Both the position numbers and the translations under genes were made by a program. Below, one piece after another: positions 24,824 through 34,500 of a DNA stretch of 39,011 bases. Source of the DNA: a virus. Its lineage: Duplodnaviria > Caudoviricetes. The first letter of the stretch is position 1, and each line of letters opens with the position of its first letter. The notes beneath the pieces were generated by a model. The model did no database searches. It saw only the letters and a program-made list of their open reading frames with translations, and had not been told where the DNA came from. The stretch lies in the IMG/VR virus record IMGVR_UViG_3300020044_010657, positions 1-39,011 of that record. One strand, written 5' to 3'.

Positions 24824-25869
24824 GTAAGTGATTTACTACAATCAATTTTTTCAAAATTAACTTCTAAATACCATTGCAAGCCAGTTTCATTGTTTCTGTT
24901 TATGTCACCTTGCACTTGATACTCTTCTCCGTTGACATAAACATTCCTTCCTGACAAAATATTTACTAAGTTTTTAACGAAAGATTGAGGCAAGTGAGTT
25001 GTTTTCAATTGCCAAACCTCACTCTTCTGACTCATTACAGTCTTTAGAGTTGTGCTAATTATCTCTTTTGTTATGTTAAAACTCGCTTGTTCAAAATATC
25101 CTGGCACTCTAATCTTATTAGAATACTCAAAGCTATCCAATCCTGTAAGATTATTTCCAAAGTACATGTCGAAACAATCTTGTTTTGGGTAGATTGATTC
25201 AATCAAAACCGTTGCTTTTTTATTGCAATCGTAGTATTTGAATGGCTCTGAACAGAAAGAAGCAGTTGCTTCGCTTATCGGTAAGCAAAATCTTGTTGTT
25301 GTAAAATTAAATCGGAAATAGAAACAGTTTTCAAGACCCTCAGCTTCCAAAAACAATCTGATTGCCTCAAGATTGAAGCGAATCATCTGAATTGGCTTTT
25401 GAGTCTGATTGCCTGAATAATCTGTTATAGTATAGCTTCCCACATATCTATTTGGAGCAATTATATCTAACATTTGCTCAGTTATGGTGAGAGCTGTATC
25501 ATCACAGCAAGTCAATATCTCAAAAGTAGCAAATGCTGTATTTGTTGGGCTTAAAAGATTAGCAGGAAGCCAATTATTCATGCACTCAACTCCAGTAATC
25601 TCATCAGGTTGCTGAAACTGAAAATCAAAAGTGTCGTTATCTTCGTATGGAATCCAAAATGGCAAGTCGTTACCACAAAGGTTGCAGTTCCAACCATCAC
25701 CACAATCACAAAGAACAAGACCATTACTTACGATTAGATTACCGCAAAATCCACAGATATTTTCAATCTCATGACAAAAAACGCGAGAGTTAGGGTCATC
25801 AAAATAACAGATACCTGTTAAGTCGCAATAAACCGCGTTTGCTTTTGAATAACTATCAAATAATTCCAT
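24814..25869 (-). CDS. Cys-rich tail protein (possible distal tail protein)
   Basis: 351 aa, 19 Cys; position in the tail-tip cluster. Confidence 0.55.
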   Translation of the reverse strand: MELFDSYSKANAVYCDLTGICYFDDPNSRVFCHEIENICGFCGNLIVSNGLVLCDCGDGWNCNLCGNDLPFWIPYEDNDTFDFQFQQPDEITGVECMNNWLPANLLSPTNTAFATFEILTCCDDTALTITEQMLDIIAPNRYVGSYTITDYSGNQTQKPIQMIRFNLEAIRLFLEAEGLENCFYFRFNFTTTRFCLPISEATASFCSEPFKYYDCNKKATVLIESIYPKQDCFDMYFGNNLTGLDSFEYSNKIRVPGYFEQASFNITKEIISTTLKTVMSQKSEVWQLKTTHLPQSFVKNLVNILSGRNVYVNGEEYQVQGDINRNNETGLQWYLEVNFEKIDCSKSLTCE

Positions 25870-25873
25870 ATTT

Positions 25874-25881
25874 CAAAGATA
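25874..25881 (-). promoter_or_regulatory. Putative -7 promoter element (possibly leaderless mRNA)
   Basis: TATCTTTG only 4 nt upstream of the ATG at 25869. Confidence 0.4.
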
Positions 25882-25887
25882 ATTGTT

Positions 25888-28800
25888 TTATGGGCATATT
25901 GCGTTTCCAATTTTAAAGCTACCAACAGTTGTCATATCAGTTCCCGTTGTAATTCTCATTGTCCATTCTCCCTGTGTTCCACTACCCCAAACAAAACTTA
26001 CACTTCCTGACGTTGAGCCTATTGGTAATGTGACCTGTGGAGTTCCTGAGTATCCAAATTGTCCAAACCAAAGTTGTACTATTCTTGTTGTTGCAATACT
26101 AAATGAATATTCAACAACATAGGTTTCGCCAGGAACAGGATATGGGGTTTCTCCCACTCTTGTATAGGCGCGTAGATACCTATTAAGTGTAGCGGAATTA
26201 AATGTCAATTGGAATGTATCACCAATTGTAACTGGTGGCATTGAGATGCCTTGTCCTGACTGATAACGATGGTCTAAGAAATACTCACAAATAGCTGCTG
26301 CATCAGGAGAACTAATGTATCCACAGAAGCGATAACGAGCATTTTCAAAGTTTGGAGCATCCAAAACAACCGAAGCAGTAAATGTAGAAGGGTCAAATGA
26401 TGTGTCCATTGACAGAACAAGCGGATTGGAAAGCTGTGTCATTCCTGTTAGGCTCAATGCTTCATTATTCTCAACAAGAGTGCTTATTCCAAAAGGCTCT
26501 TTTTCCATGAAGAAAATAAAGTTTCCTTCTCTGTTTGCTTGATAAGTAAGTCTGATTGCGTTCCAATCAGCAAAGCAAATTGGAGCTTCAACAGGGAGAT
26601 ATAGACCAGTTATCTTATCAAGACCTTCAACCGTAACATCTGTTATCACTTGCTCAAATCCTGAGTTTGCAGGCTCAAAGTCAATAGCATTTACTTTAAA
26701 TGATTTTACTAAGTTCCAAAGGAAAGTCTCACCAACTTGTGGTCTTAGATTAAATGTAAATATGTACTCAAAGTAAACATCACGATTAACCCAACTCTGT
26801 GTAATGTTGTTAGTTGCAATGTATCCGCTTGCCAAGAAGCCAACAGGAGACCTGTTCATGTACTCATCTGTACTTGCTACCAATACCTGTCCACCGCTAA
26901 AAGGCACAAGCTCCCAAGGCACTCGTATATTGTTTATAGAAGCAACTACTTCATTAGCACCTGTATCTGTAACAATTAAGTTGTTAAGATTTTCAAAGTT
27001 TCCTGCAAAAGCATTATTTCTAATTGAATAATGTGTTTGATATTGGAAGAAAGTGGTCTTATTGCTTGCAGGAAAGTTTTCTACTCTCTTGTAAATATTC
27101 AAGCGAACAGATTGTAATTGACTTCTCCAATCATTTATAAGCAATCCCAAATTATACATGCAAGTAGGAAAATCACCTGATGTTAAGCTAACTGAGTGAC
27201 CAATCCTTTCCTTGCCAACAGGCTGAAAACAATCTACCTCATGCTTTTGCCAAAACTGTGAAAAGTTAGAAACGATTGCAGGACTGCAATCACAATCCAT
27301 ATCAGGGTAACGACTAACTCTTATTTCATCAGAAATAAAAGTGTTAACCATAGTTCCGTTTGAACCATAAACAATTGCAGCAACTCTATAAGAAGAAGCT
27401 GTGTTTAAGTTAGAATCAACATGCAAAGAGAATATCCACCCCCCACTTGAAACCCCTGTTGTTCCAGGGCGAACTAAGTGATTATCTAAAACTCCTGTTC
27501 CTGGATAGCTTAAAACTCTATATCTTGAAGAGTCTGACGAGTTGAAAAAGTCAACCGCATTATCTTCAGAAGTAGCATTAAACAAGTGGAATATAACAAT
27601 AGGAGCAGATGTTCCATAAATTGATGGAACATTAATTTCAAACTGAACCTTTGTATTTTGGAAAACTGAGAAATTAGTTACAGCATTTCCTTGTCTTGAA
27701 AGAGTAAATGAAGGATTCAAGAACTCTGCTACCCCGTTATTCAGTCCTTTATTATAAAACCTTGATGCAAAGTTTGAGCAAGTATAAGTAAGACACTTGA
27801 AAGGAGAGTCATTTACAAGAGTTCCAGGGTCTGTCATCAAGAAAGCACCTTGAATGAATTTATCCAAGCTATTATAAACAGATGGCAATGAGTTACTCCA
27901 ATCTGTTGTTTCTGAAAGAGTATTACGCTTTAGCTTATTTGAATTAGTCCATGTCAAGTTTGTAATGAATCCTTCATAATCTTGAATATCATAAAATGTC
28001 AATTCAATATTGAAAGTTCCGTTTCCTGAATTAATAGGTCTAAAATTAACTTCCCAATTCTTCAGATTCATTGCGTTGGAAGTAACTCCAAGCAAAGTCA
28101 TTGGTTGAGCAACGCCATCTAAATGTGCGCCCGATAAAAATTGATAATAATATCTAACAGGGAAGTTTGCAGTTCCATCAAAAGGAGCTGTACAATCAAA
28201 TGTATAAAGAGCAGGATTAAACTGAATATTCCAACCTGTAATCAATCCTGCCTGATATTTCATCTTAAACACCACAGTCTTTTTCTCTAAGAAACTTGCT
28301 GTGTTATATTGAACGGCACTATCACAAAAGCCAGTCTGCACAGGTAGATAATTGTTTTCAGTTTGAATCTGAATATCTAAGCAGCAAAGACAATCACAAG
28401 GCTCTTCTAAAACAGAACCTGTTACGAAAAAATCAACTCCGCAAAATGTTGGGTAACAAAATAAAGCATCACTTTGATTTGTTGGCGTCCATTCTAATGT
28501 TATTAATCCGCTTGCTCCTTGCAGAATAAATGTGGGGTCTGGATTTAAAATTGGGTCAGGAGAACCACAACCGTTTGTATCAAAGTGAACATCTACACGC
28601 CCGATTGTATTGTTGTTAAATGTAACAGACCTTGTATTTGTTGCATTTAATACGGAATCAGTAAAATCAAAAGTATTAGAGCTTAGAAGCAAATTAAAGT
28701 CTGCACATTCCATATTGAATGTGTATGGCAACTCATCACCATGCTCAACTGTTTGTAATTGAAAAGTCCACGATGATAAGGGGTCTGTAACAGTATCCCA

Positions 28801-29730
28801 ACAAACCGCAAACTTGAAAATAACAGTTTCACCAGGATTCATTGTAGGCCATGATGGTGGCTGTGAGAAGAAATTCACAAACGAAACATTGACACCACTT
28901 CCTGCATCCGTTATGAAAAAGTCATTAAGAGTTACAGGTGTATTGTGAGTGTTTTGAAATGTTACAAATGTATCTTGGCAAGTTTGACAGCATGCAAGAT
29001 AATTTGTTCCTTCGGGGTCTAATCCACCATCTACTATTTCTAATCTGTGAATTTGAACCGCTGCTGTTGCAACACCGCTAAAAGATATAGGTGTATTGCA
29101 AAAATAAACATCACAGTTTAATATATCACCTTCATTGAATGGTGTCCATTGAAATTCTAAACCTACCGTTTCGCCAGGTTGTACTAATACTTGACCTGGA
29201 ATCATTTCAAAAAGACCTACTGAGCATAATGCGGTTTGTGGCTGAAATAAATAAGCCCCCATTGATGTATTTGTAACCTGAATCGTTTGTGTGGCTGGTA
29301 CATCTGATGGAACGCTTCCAAAATTTACTGAAGTTTGACTAAAAAAATCAACAACATCAATACATTCAGTATTGAATTTATAAAATAGGTCATTACCATG
29401 TTCTGCTGTGACCATAGTCATTCTAAAAGCAGAAGTGGGAACTTGATTGTAGCACACCTCAAGTTCAACCTGTATTGTATCCCCTGGAAATACCGTATAT
29501 GGATAAGTGTAGTTCTGATTGCCATTAATTGCCCAAACCTGAACGAAAAGACCATCACCATAGGCAACTGTGTTGATTATAATGTTGGTTAATGTAAGAG
29601 GGCTATTGTGCTGATTCTGAAAAGTTAAAACGGGATTTTGACAATATGAACATAAACATTCCAACCCATTCACTAATCCTGATTCTTCAGGGTTTAAGCC
29701 ATCTGTAAGTACAAACCTATGTATGCTCAT
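25888..29730 (-). CDS. Large tail / receptor-binding protein with duplicated Ig-like modules
   Basis: 1280 aa, beta-rich, two ~225-aa N-terminal repeats, Cys clusters at domain junctions. Confidence 0.7.
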   Translation of the reverse strand: MSIHRFVLTDGLNPEESGLVNGLECLCSYCQNPVLTFQNQHNSPLTLTNIIINTVAYGDGLFVQVWAINGNQNYTYPYTVFPGDTIQVELEVCYNQVPTSAFRMTMVTAEHGNDLFYKFNTECIDVVDFFSQTSVNFGSVPSDVPATQTIQVTNTSMGAYLFQPQTALCSVGLFEMIPGQVLVQPGETVGLEFQWTPFNEGDILNCDVYFCNTPISFSGVATAAVQIHRLEIVDGGLDPEGTNYLACCQTCQDTFVTFQNTHNTPVTLNDFFITDAGSGVNVSFVNFFSQPPSWPTMNPGETVIFKFAVCWDTVTDPLSSWTFQLQTVEHGDELPYTFNMECADFNLLLSSNTFDFTDSVLNATNTRSVTFNNNTIGRVDVHFDTNGCGSPDPILNPDPTFILQGASGLITLEWTPTNQSDALFCYPTFCGVDFFVTGSVLEEPCDCLCCLDIQIQTENNYLPVQTGFCDSAVQYNTASFLEKKTVVFKMKYQAGLITGWNIQFNPALYTFDCTAPFDGTANFPVRYYYQFLSGAHLDGVAQPMTLLGVTSNAMNLKNWEVNFRPINSGNGTFNIELTFYDIQDYEGFITNLTWTNSNKLKRNTLSETTDWSNSLPSVYNSLDKFIQGAFLMTDPGTLVNDSPFKCLTYTCSNFASRFYNKGLNNGVAEFLNPSFTLSRQGNAVTNFSVFQNTKVQFEINVPSIYGTSAPIVIFHLFNATSEDNAVDFFNSSDSSRYRVLSYPGTGVLDNHLVRPGTTGVSSGGWIFSLHVDSNLNTASSYRVAAIVYGSNGTMVNTFISDEIRVSRYPDMDCDCSPAIVSNFSQFWQKHEVDCFQPVGKERIGHSVSLTSGDFPTCMYNLGLLINDWRSQLQSVRLNIYKRVENFPASNKTTFFQYQTHYSIRNNAFAGNFENLNNLIVTDTGANEVVASINNIRVPWELVPFSGGQVLVASTDEYMNRSPVGFLASGYIATNNITQSWVNRDVYFEYIFTFNLRPQVGETFLWNLVKSFKVNAIDFEPANSGFEQVITDVTVEGLDKITGLYLPVEAPICFADWNAIRLTYQANREGNFIFFMEKEPFGISTLVENNEALSLTGMTQLSNPLVLSMDTSFDPSTFTASVVLDAPNFENARYRFCGYISSPDAAAICEYFLDHRYQSGQGISMPPVTIGDTFQLTFNSATLNRYLRAYTRVGETPYPVPGETYVVEYSFSIATTRIVQLWFGQFGYSGTPQVTLPIGSTSGSVSFVWGSGTQGEWTMRITTGTDMTTVGSFKIGNAICP

Positions 29731-29742
29731 TTCTTTGCTTTT

Positions 29743-31527
29743 TTAAACTATACCTTTTACTGCGATAGTGCGTTTTACAAAATCTACGCTCAATTCTTTA
29801 ATCTCACCAAATTTAATATTGTTTCCAACTTTTAGACGCACATTTTTGGTAAAATCTATTGACGAGAACTCACCACAATCAAAATCAAAAGTGAAGCTAA
29901 ACTCATAAAGTTTATTACCAGGAGCCCTTGGATTATTGATATAATGAAATAAAGTGTAAAGATTATTTGTGTTTTCTTCGTTAAACCACATTGGATAATT
30001 GAAAAGCCTGTTTGGGTCGAGTTGTTGGTCAGCAAAATAAGTGTCCATAGTTGGAAACGGGTAAACAGAACCAATAACATATCCACCTGTAAAAGCTGTT
30101 GAATAACCTCTTTCAACCCTCGCTTCATCATCACCTGAACTTGAATCCCAAATCAAAAACTTATAGTTAAAGGCTGTGTGCTGAGACATCAATAGCAAGT
30201 TTCGTGAATTAGCAAGAGCATTACCAAATAAAGGATTTTGAAGACCCCCATTTCCAAAAGCTTCATATCCAGCAAAGTCATCTCTAAAACGAGCTATTCC
30301 TGATAGCATCTGATTATCCATAAAACCTGACTGAGCAGCTGATGGTGGGCTATTCCATTCAACGATAGTATTAAATCGTTCTGCTGCTTCATAAGCAATC
30401 AAATCAGAACCATCCTGCAAATAGTTATATACTCCGTAAGCGTATTTATCTTCATCAATCCAAGATAGGCAAATTCTATTGTCTATAATTCTTCCATTGT
30501 TTAGAAGGTTCTCTGAATCAATCCAAGTGTTTGTGTTTTGAAAAAAGTCTCTCCTCTCAAAAATCAAAACCCCATCTACAATCCAATATCTCGCATTGAA
30601 CAAAGGCTTTAAATGCCGTTGCATCAAAGTATCCAATGTCTCAATTGGCAAGTTCTCACTTATCAATAGACCATTTGTTTCGCTTGGCTTGTATCCTTTT
30701 CTAACAGGAGCTGAAAAAAGCAAAAGATTGTAATAAGGAGAAGCAGGGTCATTTAAAATTGAACTTTCAAATTCAAGACCACATTTATCACAAACATTTT
30801 GTATGTAGTCGCGAACAAGTGCAGTTGGATGATACCATTGACATTGAATAAGCCTGTTTTGTAAATCAGTAAGCCATCCTGAAATTTCACTAAAAGCTCC
30901 ATCAGGATTTGTCCACGTTCCACCTGAACACGTTTGAGAATTACAAGGTGTTCCAGGAATAACACAAACTATTTGACAAACAACAAAAGCAACTGATTGA
31001 ATTACAATAACAACAAGAGATAAAGGAAGCAATACAGCATAAATCACAGCATTTAAGATTGCATAAATAAACAAAAGAACATCGGTGATAAACTGAGGAC
31101 GCATCTCTACGCAATACCTCAATTTCTTTTGCTGACGATTTAAAAACCCATCGTGATTGTCATAAAGAAGCGTACTCTTGATGCAATTAAGCTCAGGGGT
31201 CTTTTCTATGACTTGGCAACTAACCCAACACTCAGGTTCGCACCAATCAACAGAGTCACCCCGAATCACTCCTTGAAAAACAGGAGCAGCACAGCACTCA
31301 TCAAAAACCTCCACATTGACTTCCTTGATGTATCCAGTAGAATCATCAATAAGTTCTGTCCTTAAAATGTTGTATCCATCTCCATAAAAGGTAAGCTCGT
31401 TGCTGTACGATTTGAGCAAAACACCCTCCTCATCACTTTCACGGTATGTGATTACAAATTGGTCAGTTCCGTTAATCTGACCTGTAACTAAAATGCCATT
31501 GAGCTTTATTATAACGGGTGATTTCAT
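29743..31527 (-). CDS. Tail tip / hub protein with internal hydrophobic segment
   Basis: 594 aa directly after the tape measure; PLFNARYWIVDGVLIFERRDFF hub-like pattern. Confidence 0.6.
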   Translation of the reverse strand: MKSPVIIKLNGILVTGQINGTDQFVITYRESDEEGVLLKSYSNELTFYGDGYNILRTELIDDSTGYIKEVNVEVFDECCAAPVFQGVIRGDSVDWCEPECWVSCQVIEKTPELNCIKSTLLYDNHDGFLNRQQKKLRYCVEMRPQFITDVLLFIYAILNAVIYAVLLPLSLVVIVIQSVAFVVCQIVCVIPGTPCNSQTCSGGTWTNPDGAFSEISGWLTDLQNRLIQCQWYHPTALVRDYIQNVCDKCGLEFESSILNDPASPYYNLLLFSAPVRKGYKPSETNGLLISENLPIETLDTLMQRHLKPLFNARYWIVDGVLIFERRDFFQNTNTWIDSENLLNNGRIIDNRICLSWIDEDKYAYGVYNYLQDGSDLIAYEAAERFNTIVEWNSPPSAAQSGFMDNQMLSGIARFRDDFAGYEAFGNGGLQNPLFGNALANSRNLLLMSQHTAFNYKFLIWDSSSGDDEARVERGYSTAFTGGYVIGSVYPFPTMDTYFADQQLDPNRLFNYPMWFNEENTNNLYTLFHYINNPRAPGNKLYEFSFTFDFDCGEFSSIDFTKNVRLKVGNNIKFGEIKELSVDFVKRTIAVKGIV

Positions 31528-34500
31528 CTTGCTCTGTTGTTTATTCTTTGGTTCTTATAAGTAATCCTTGAAACAATTCCATTGATTCCATTCTCGTCAA
31601 TTGAAAGTTGTAATCCTTTCTGACCAACAATAGCTTTTTCAATTCTTTCAAGTCTTTCGTCAGTAGACTTGTTGTTTATGACAACAGCTCTTTCATTAAT
31701 CATTGTAGCAAGCTCAGGCTTTCTTCCTGTATGGATTGCTTCAAGAAGTGGTCTGTATTGTCTTGTCTTTTCAGCAGTAATAACGAACTCGCCTTTGTGA
31801 ACTGTTCCTGCCTCTTGATATTTACCACCATCTCCTGTGTAACCACCCTTGGCAAATGTAGCAGCAGCATTAGCTTGCGCTCTTGCTTGTGCAAATCCAA
31901 CCGCCATAGCTGCGAGTATTGCTACGATTGTAAGTGGCGCACCTGGTTGAGTTGCCGCCTTTGCAACAGCAATTGCACTATTTACAGCAATCTCAACAGC
32001 AGCAAGGTTTTGTTGCTGACGAACAAATGCAGCTCTTTGACGATTAAGTTTGTCAAGGCGTTCCTGCTCAGCTTTTAATAAAATAACATTACCCTTGTCT
32101 GCAATTCGCTGTGCTTCTGAAACTCTTTTTTCTTGAGCAGAGATTGCAGCTTCTGTTTGCTGAATCTGTCCATCAATAAATACCTTTTGGAAATCTAAGA
32201 ATGCTAACGTGATGTCCTGAAACGCTTGTATTCTTGCATCTCGTTCTTCTTTTATTACAGCAAGTTGAGCTTCATTGTTTTCATTGATTGCCTCGGTATC
32301 TTTTTTCTGCCTTTCGCGTCTTCTTTCAGCAAATGTCTTTCTAATACCATCAATTTCTGTTTCAGCCTCTACATTGATTTTGGTTATTTTAAGACCTTTG
32401 TCAGATTCAACTGCAATGTTTTTTTCAATTTCAAGGCGCAAGTCTTTATATCCCTGCTCAATATTTCCAATTTCTATCTGATATTGAATATTGGCTAATC
32501 TTGTTTTCTTAGATTTTTCCGCTTGAGAGTCAGAGGAAGAGTTTATCAAAAACAACTCTAAATCTAATGCATCCTTTTTAATTTTCTTTTCATCATTTAC
32601 CGCCTTCAGATTTAAAGCATAATTTTCATCTAACAAGGCAATTTCAGCATTTCTTTTATCTTCTCTTCTTTTAACCTCATTTTTTTCTCTTTCACTCAAA
32701 AGTGAGAAGTATTCACGCTGGCTATTTTCAACCTCTCTAACAAACGGGTCTTCTTGACCTCTTTCCTGCACACCACGAGAGAATTGGAAAATATTTTGTC
32801 TTTTTGGTGGCTTATTTTGAGCATCGTAAAGCTCCTTTGCTTGTTTTATTCGCTTTTGATATTCTTTGTTAAGTTCTGCTTGAAGGTCAAACTCATTTTC
32901 AACATACTGAAGAGTTGTTTGATATTTTAGATTAAAATCGTCAATCAATTGAGTTCTGAGTTGCAGAGTATCTTGTGATGGCAATCCTAAATCTGAAATC
33001 TCTTTAAATGTTTCTTTTAACTTTTCAAGAGCCTCAGTAGGCGGTTGAATAACATCTTCAAATTGAAACTCAGTACCACCAAACTCTACTCTTGGAGCTG
33101 CAATAAATCTGCCTTTAGCAAACGGATTATCATCAAAGATGTCCTGGTAGAACTCATCAATTTGGTCTCTGAGTTTATCAAGAGAATCAAGTTCTGCATC
33201 AAGCCTTTGATTAGTTAATTCCTGATAAGCATCACCAAGTTCATTAGCAAGTTTTCTTCTTTCAACAAGCCCATCTCTTTCAATCTCGTAAAGTCTTTTT
33301 TCTAAATCTTTGGCTCTCTTTTCTTGCTCCTGACCACGAATGATTTCAAGTTGTTGTATTAAAGTATTCTTTTGCTGTTCGGTAATCTCCTTTCTTCTGA
33401 TAGATGAAATCTCTCTATCAATCTCTCTGTCTACCGTATCTTCATTAATTCTATCAAGCTGTTTCAGTTTAACAATTTCCTCTTCAAAGTCAGCCGCGTT
33501 AACAAACTCAAACTCAATCCGTTGCTTTCCAATGTCTTCGTTGTTTTTGCGAATGCGGTCAAGTAGTGAAGCGTATTCATCTTCAAACTCTTTAAGTTTA
33601 CGAAGACGGTCTTTCCTTTTTTTATCAGCCTCTTCATCTGCGTTTGGGTCGTACACTTCTGTTGCGGCAACCTGCTCTGTTTCTTTGCTCAATGCACCAA
33701 GAACACCATAAGACTCTATAAGTTTTTTAAGTTGAACATCAAGTGTTTGAACGGCATTTGCTCTTTCTAAAAGAACATTGTTTATTTTAACATCAGCACC
33801 ATATTGTGCTTGAACAGCCGCATTTGGATACGCGATAGAGAAAAGTTGGTCTGCTGCTCTTTCCAAAGAATTAGGCACATTGAAATTAGCCTCATCTAAA
33901 GCGGATTGAATTATAGCTTGAGTTTGTTTAAAGCCACTTTGAATCTCAGCATCATCAGTTATAAGCTCTAAAGGTATTTTTACATTGGCTTTAGAAGCAA
34001 CATTTAAAAGTTCTAACTGTACATCAGCAATCTGTTGGTCAAGTTTTTCTTTAATAGCACCAGCTGCTTTTTCTCTATTAGTCTGACTAATGGTAGTCTT
34101 TAAAATAGCGTATGCTGAATCAAGCTGTTTTACAAGTTTCAACTCATCACTACCAAACTCAAGTTGAGTTTTATATTCCTTGTTTATTTGTTCAATTGCA
34201 GCTTTTCTTTCTTCATCACTTTTCTTTGAGTTTTTTGCAGTATCTACAAGTGTTTTTAATGCTTTTGTTTGTTCATTAGTGGCCTTTTGAGCAGTAACCT
34301 CTAATTCGTTAAAAGCTTCGTTAGCATCAATAAAATTATCATTTGCACTATCAACTGCGTCTCCAAAAGTATAATATGCAGCAGCAACTGTCGCAAGTAT
34401 AGTCAATAGTAGACCAAGTGGATTAGCGGCAACAACAGCATTAAAAGCCGCTTGTGCCGCGCTTGCCGTTCTTGTGGCAACTGTCTGAACTACTAATGCG

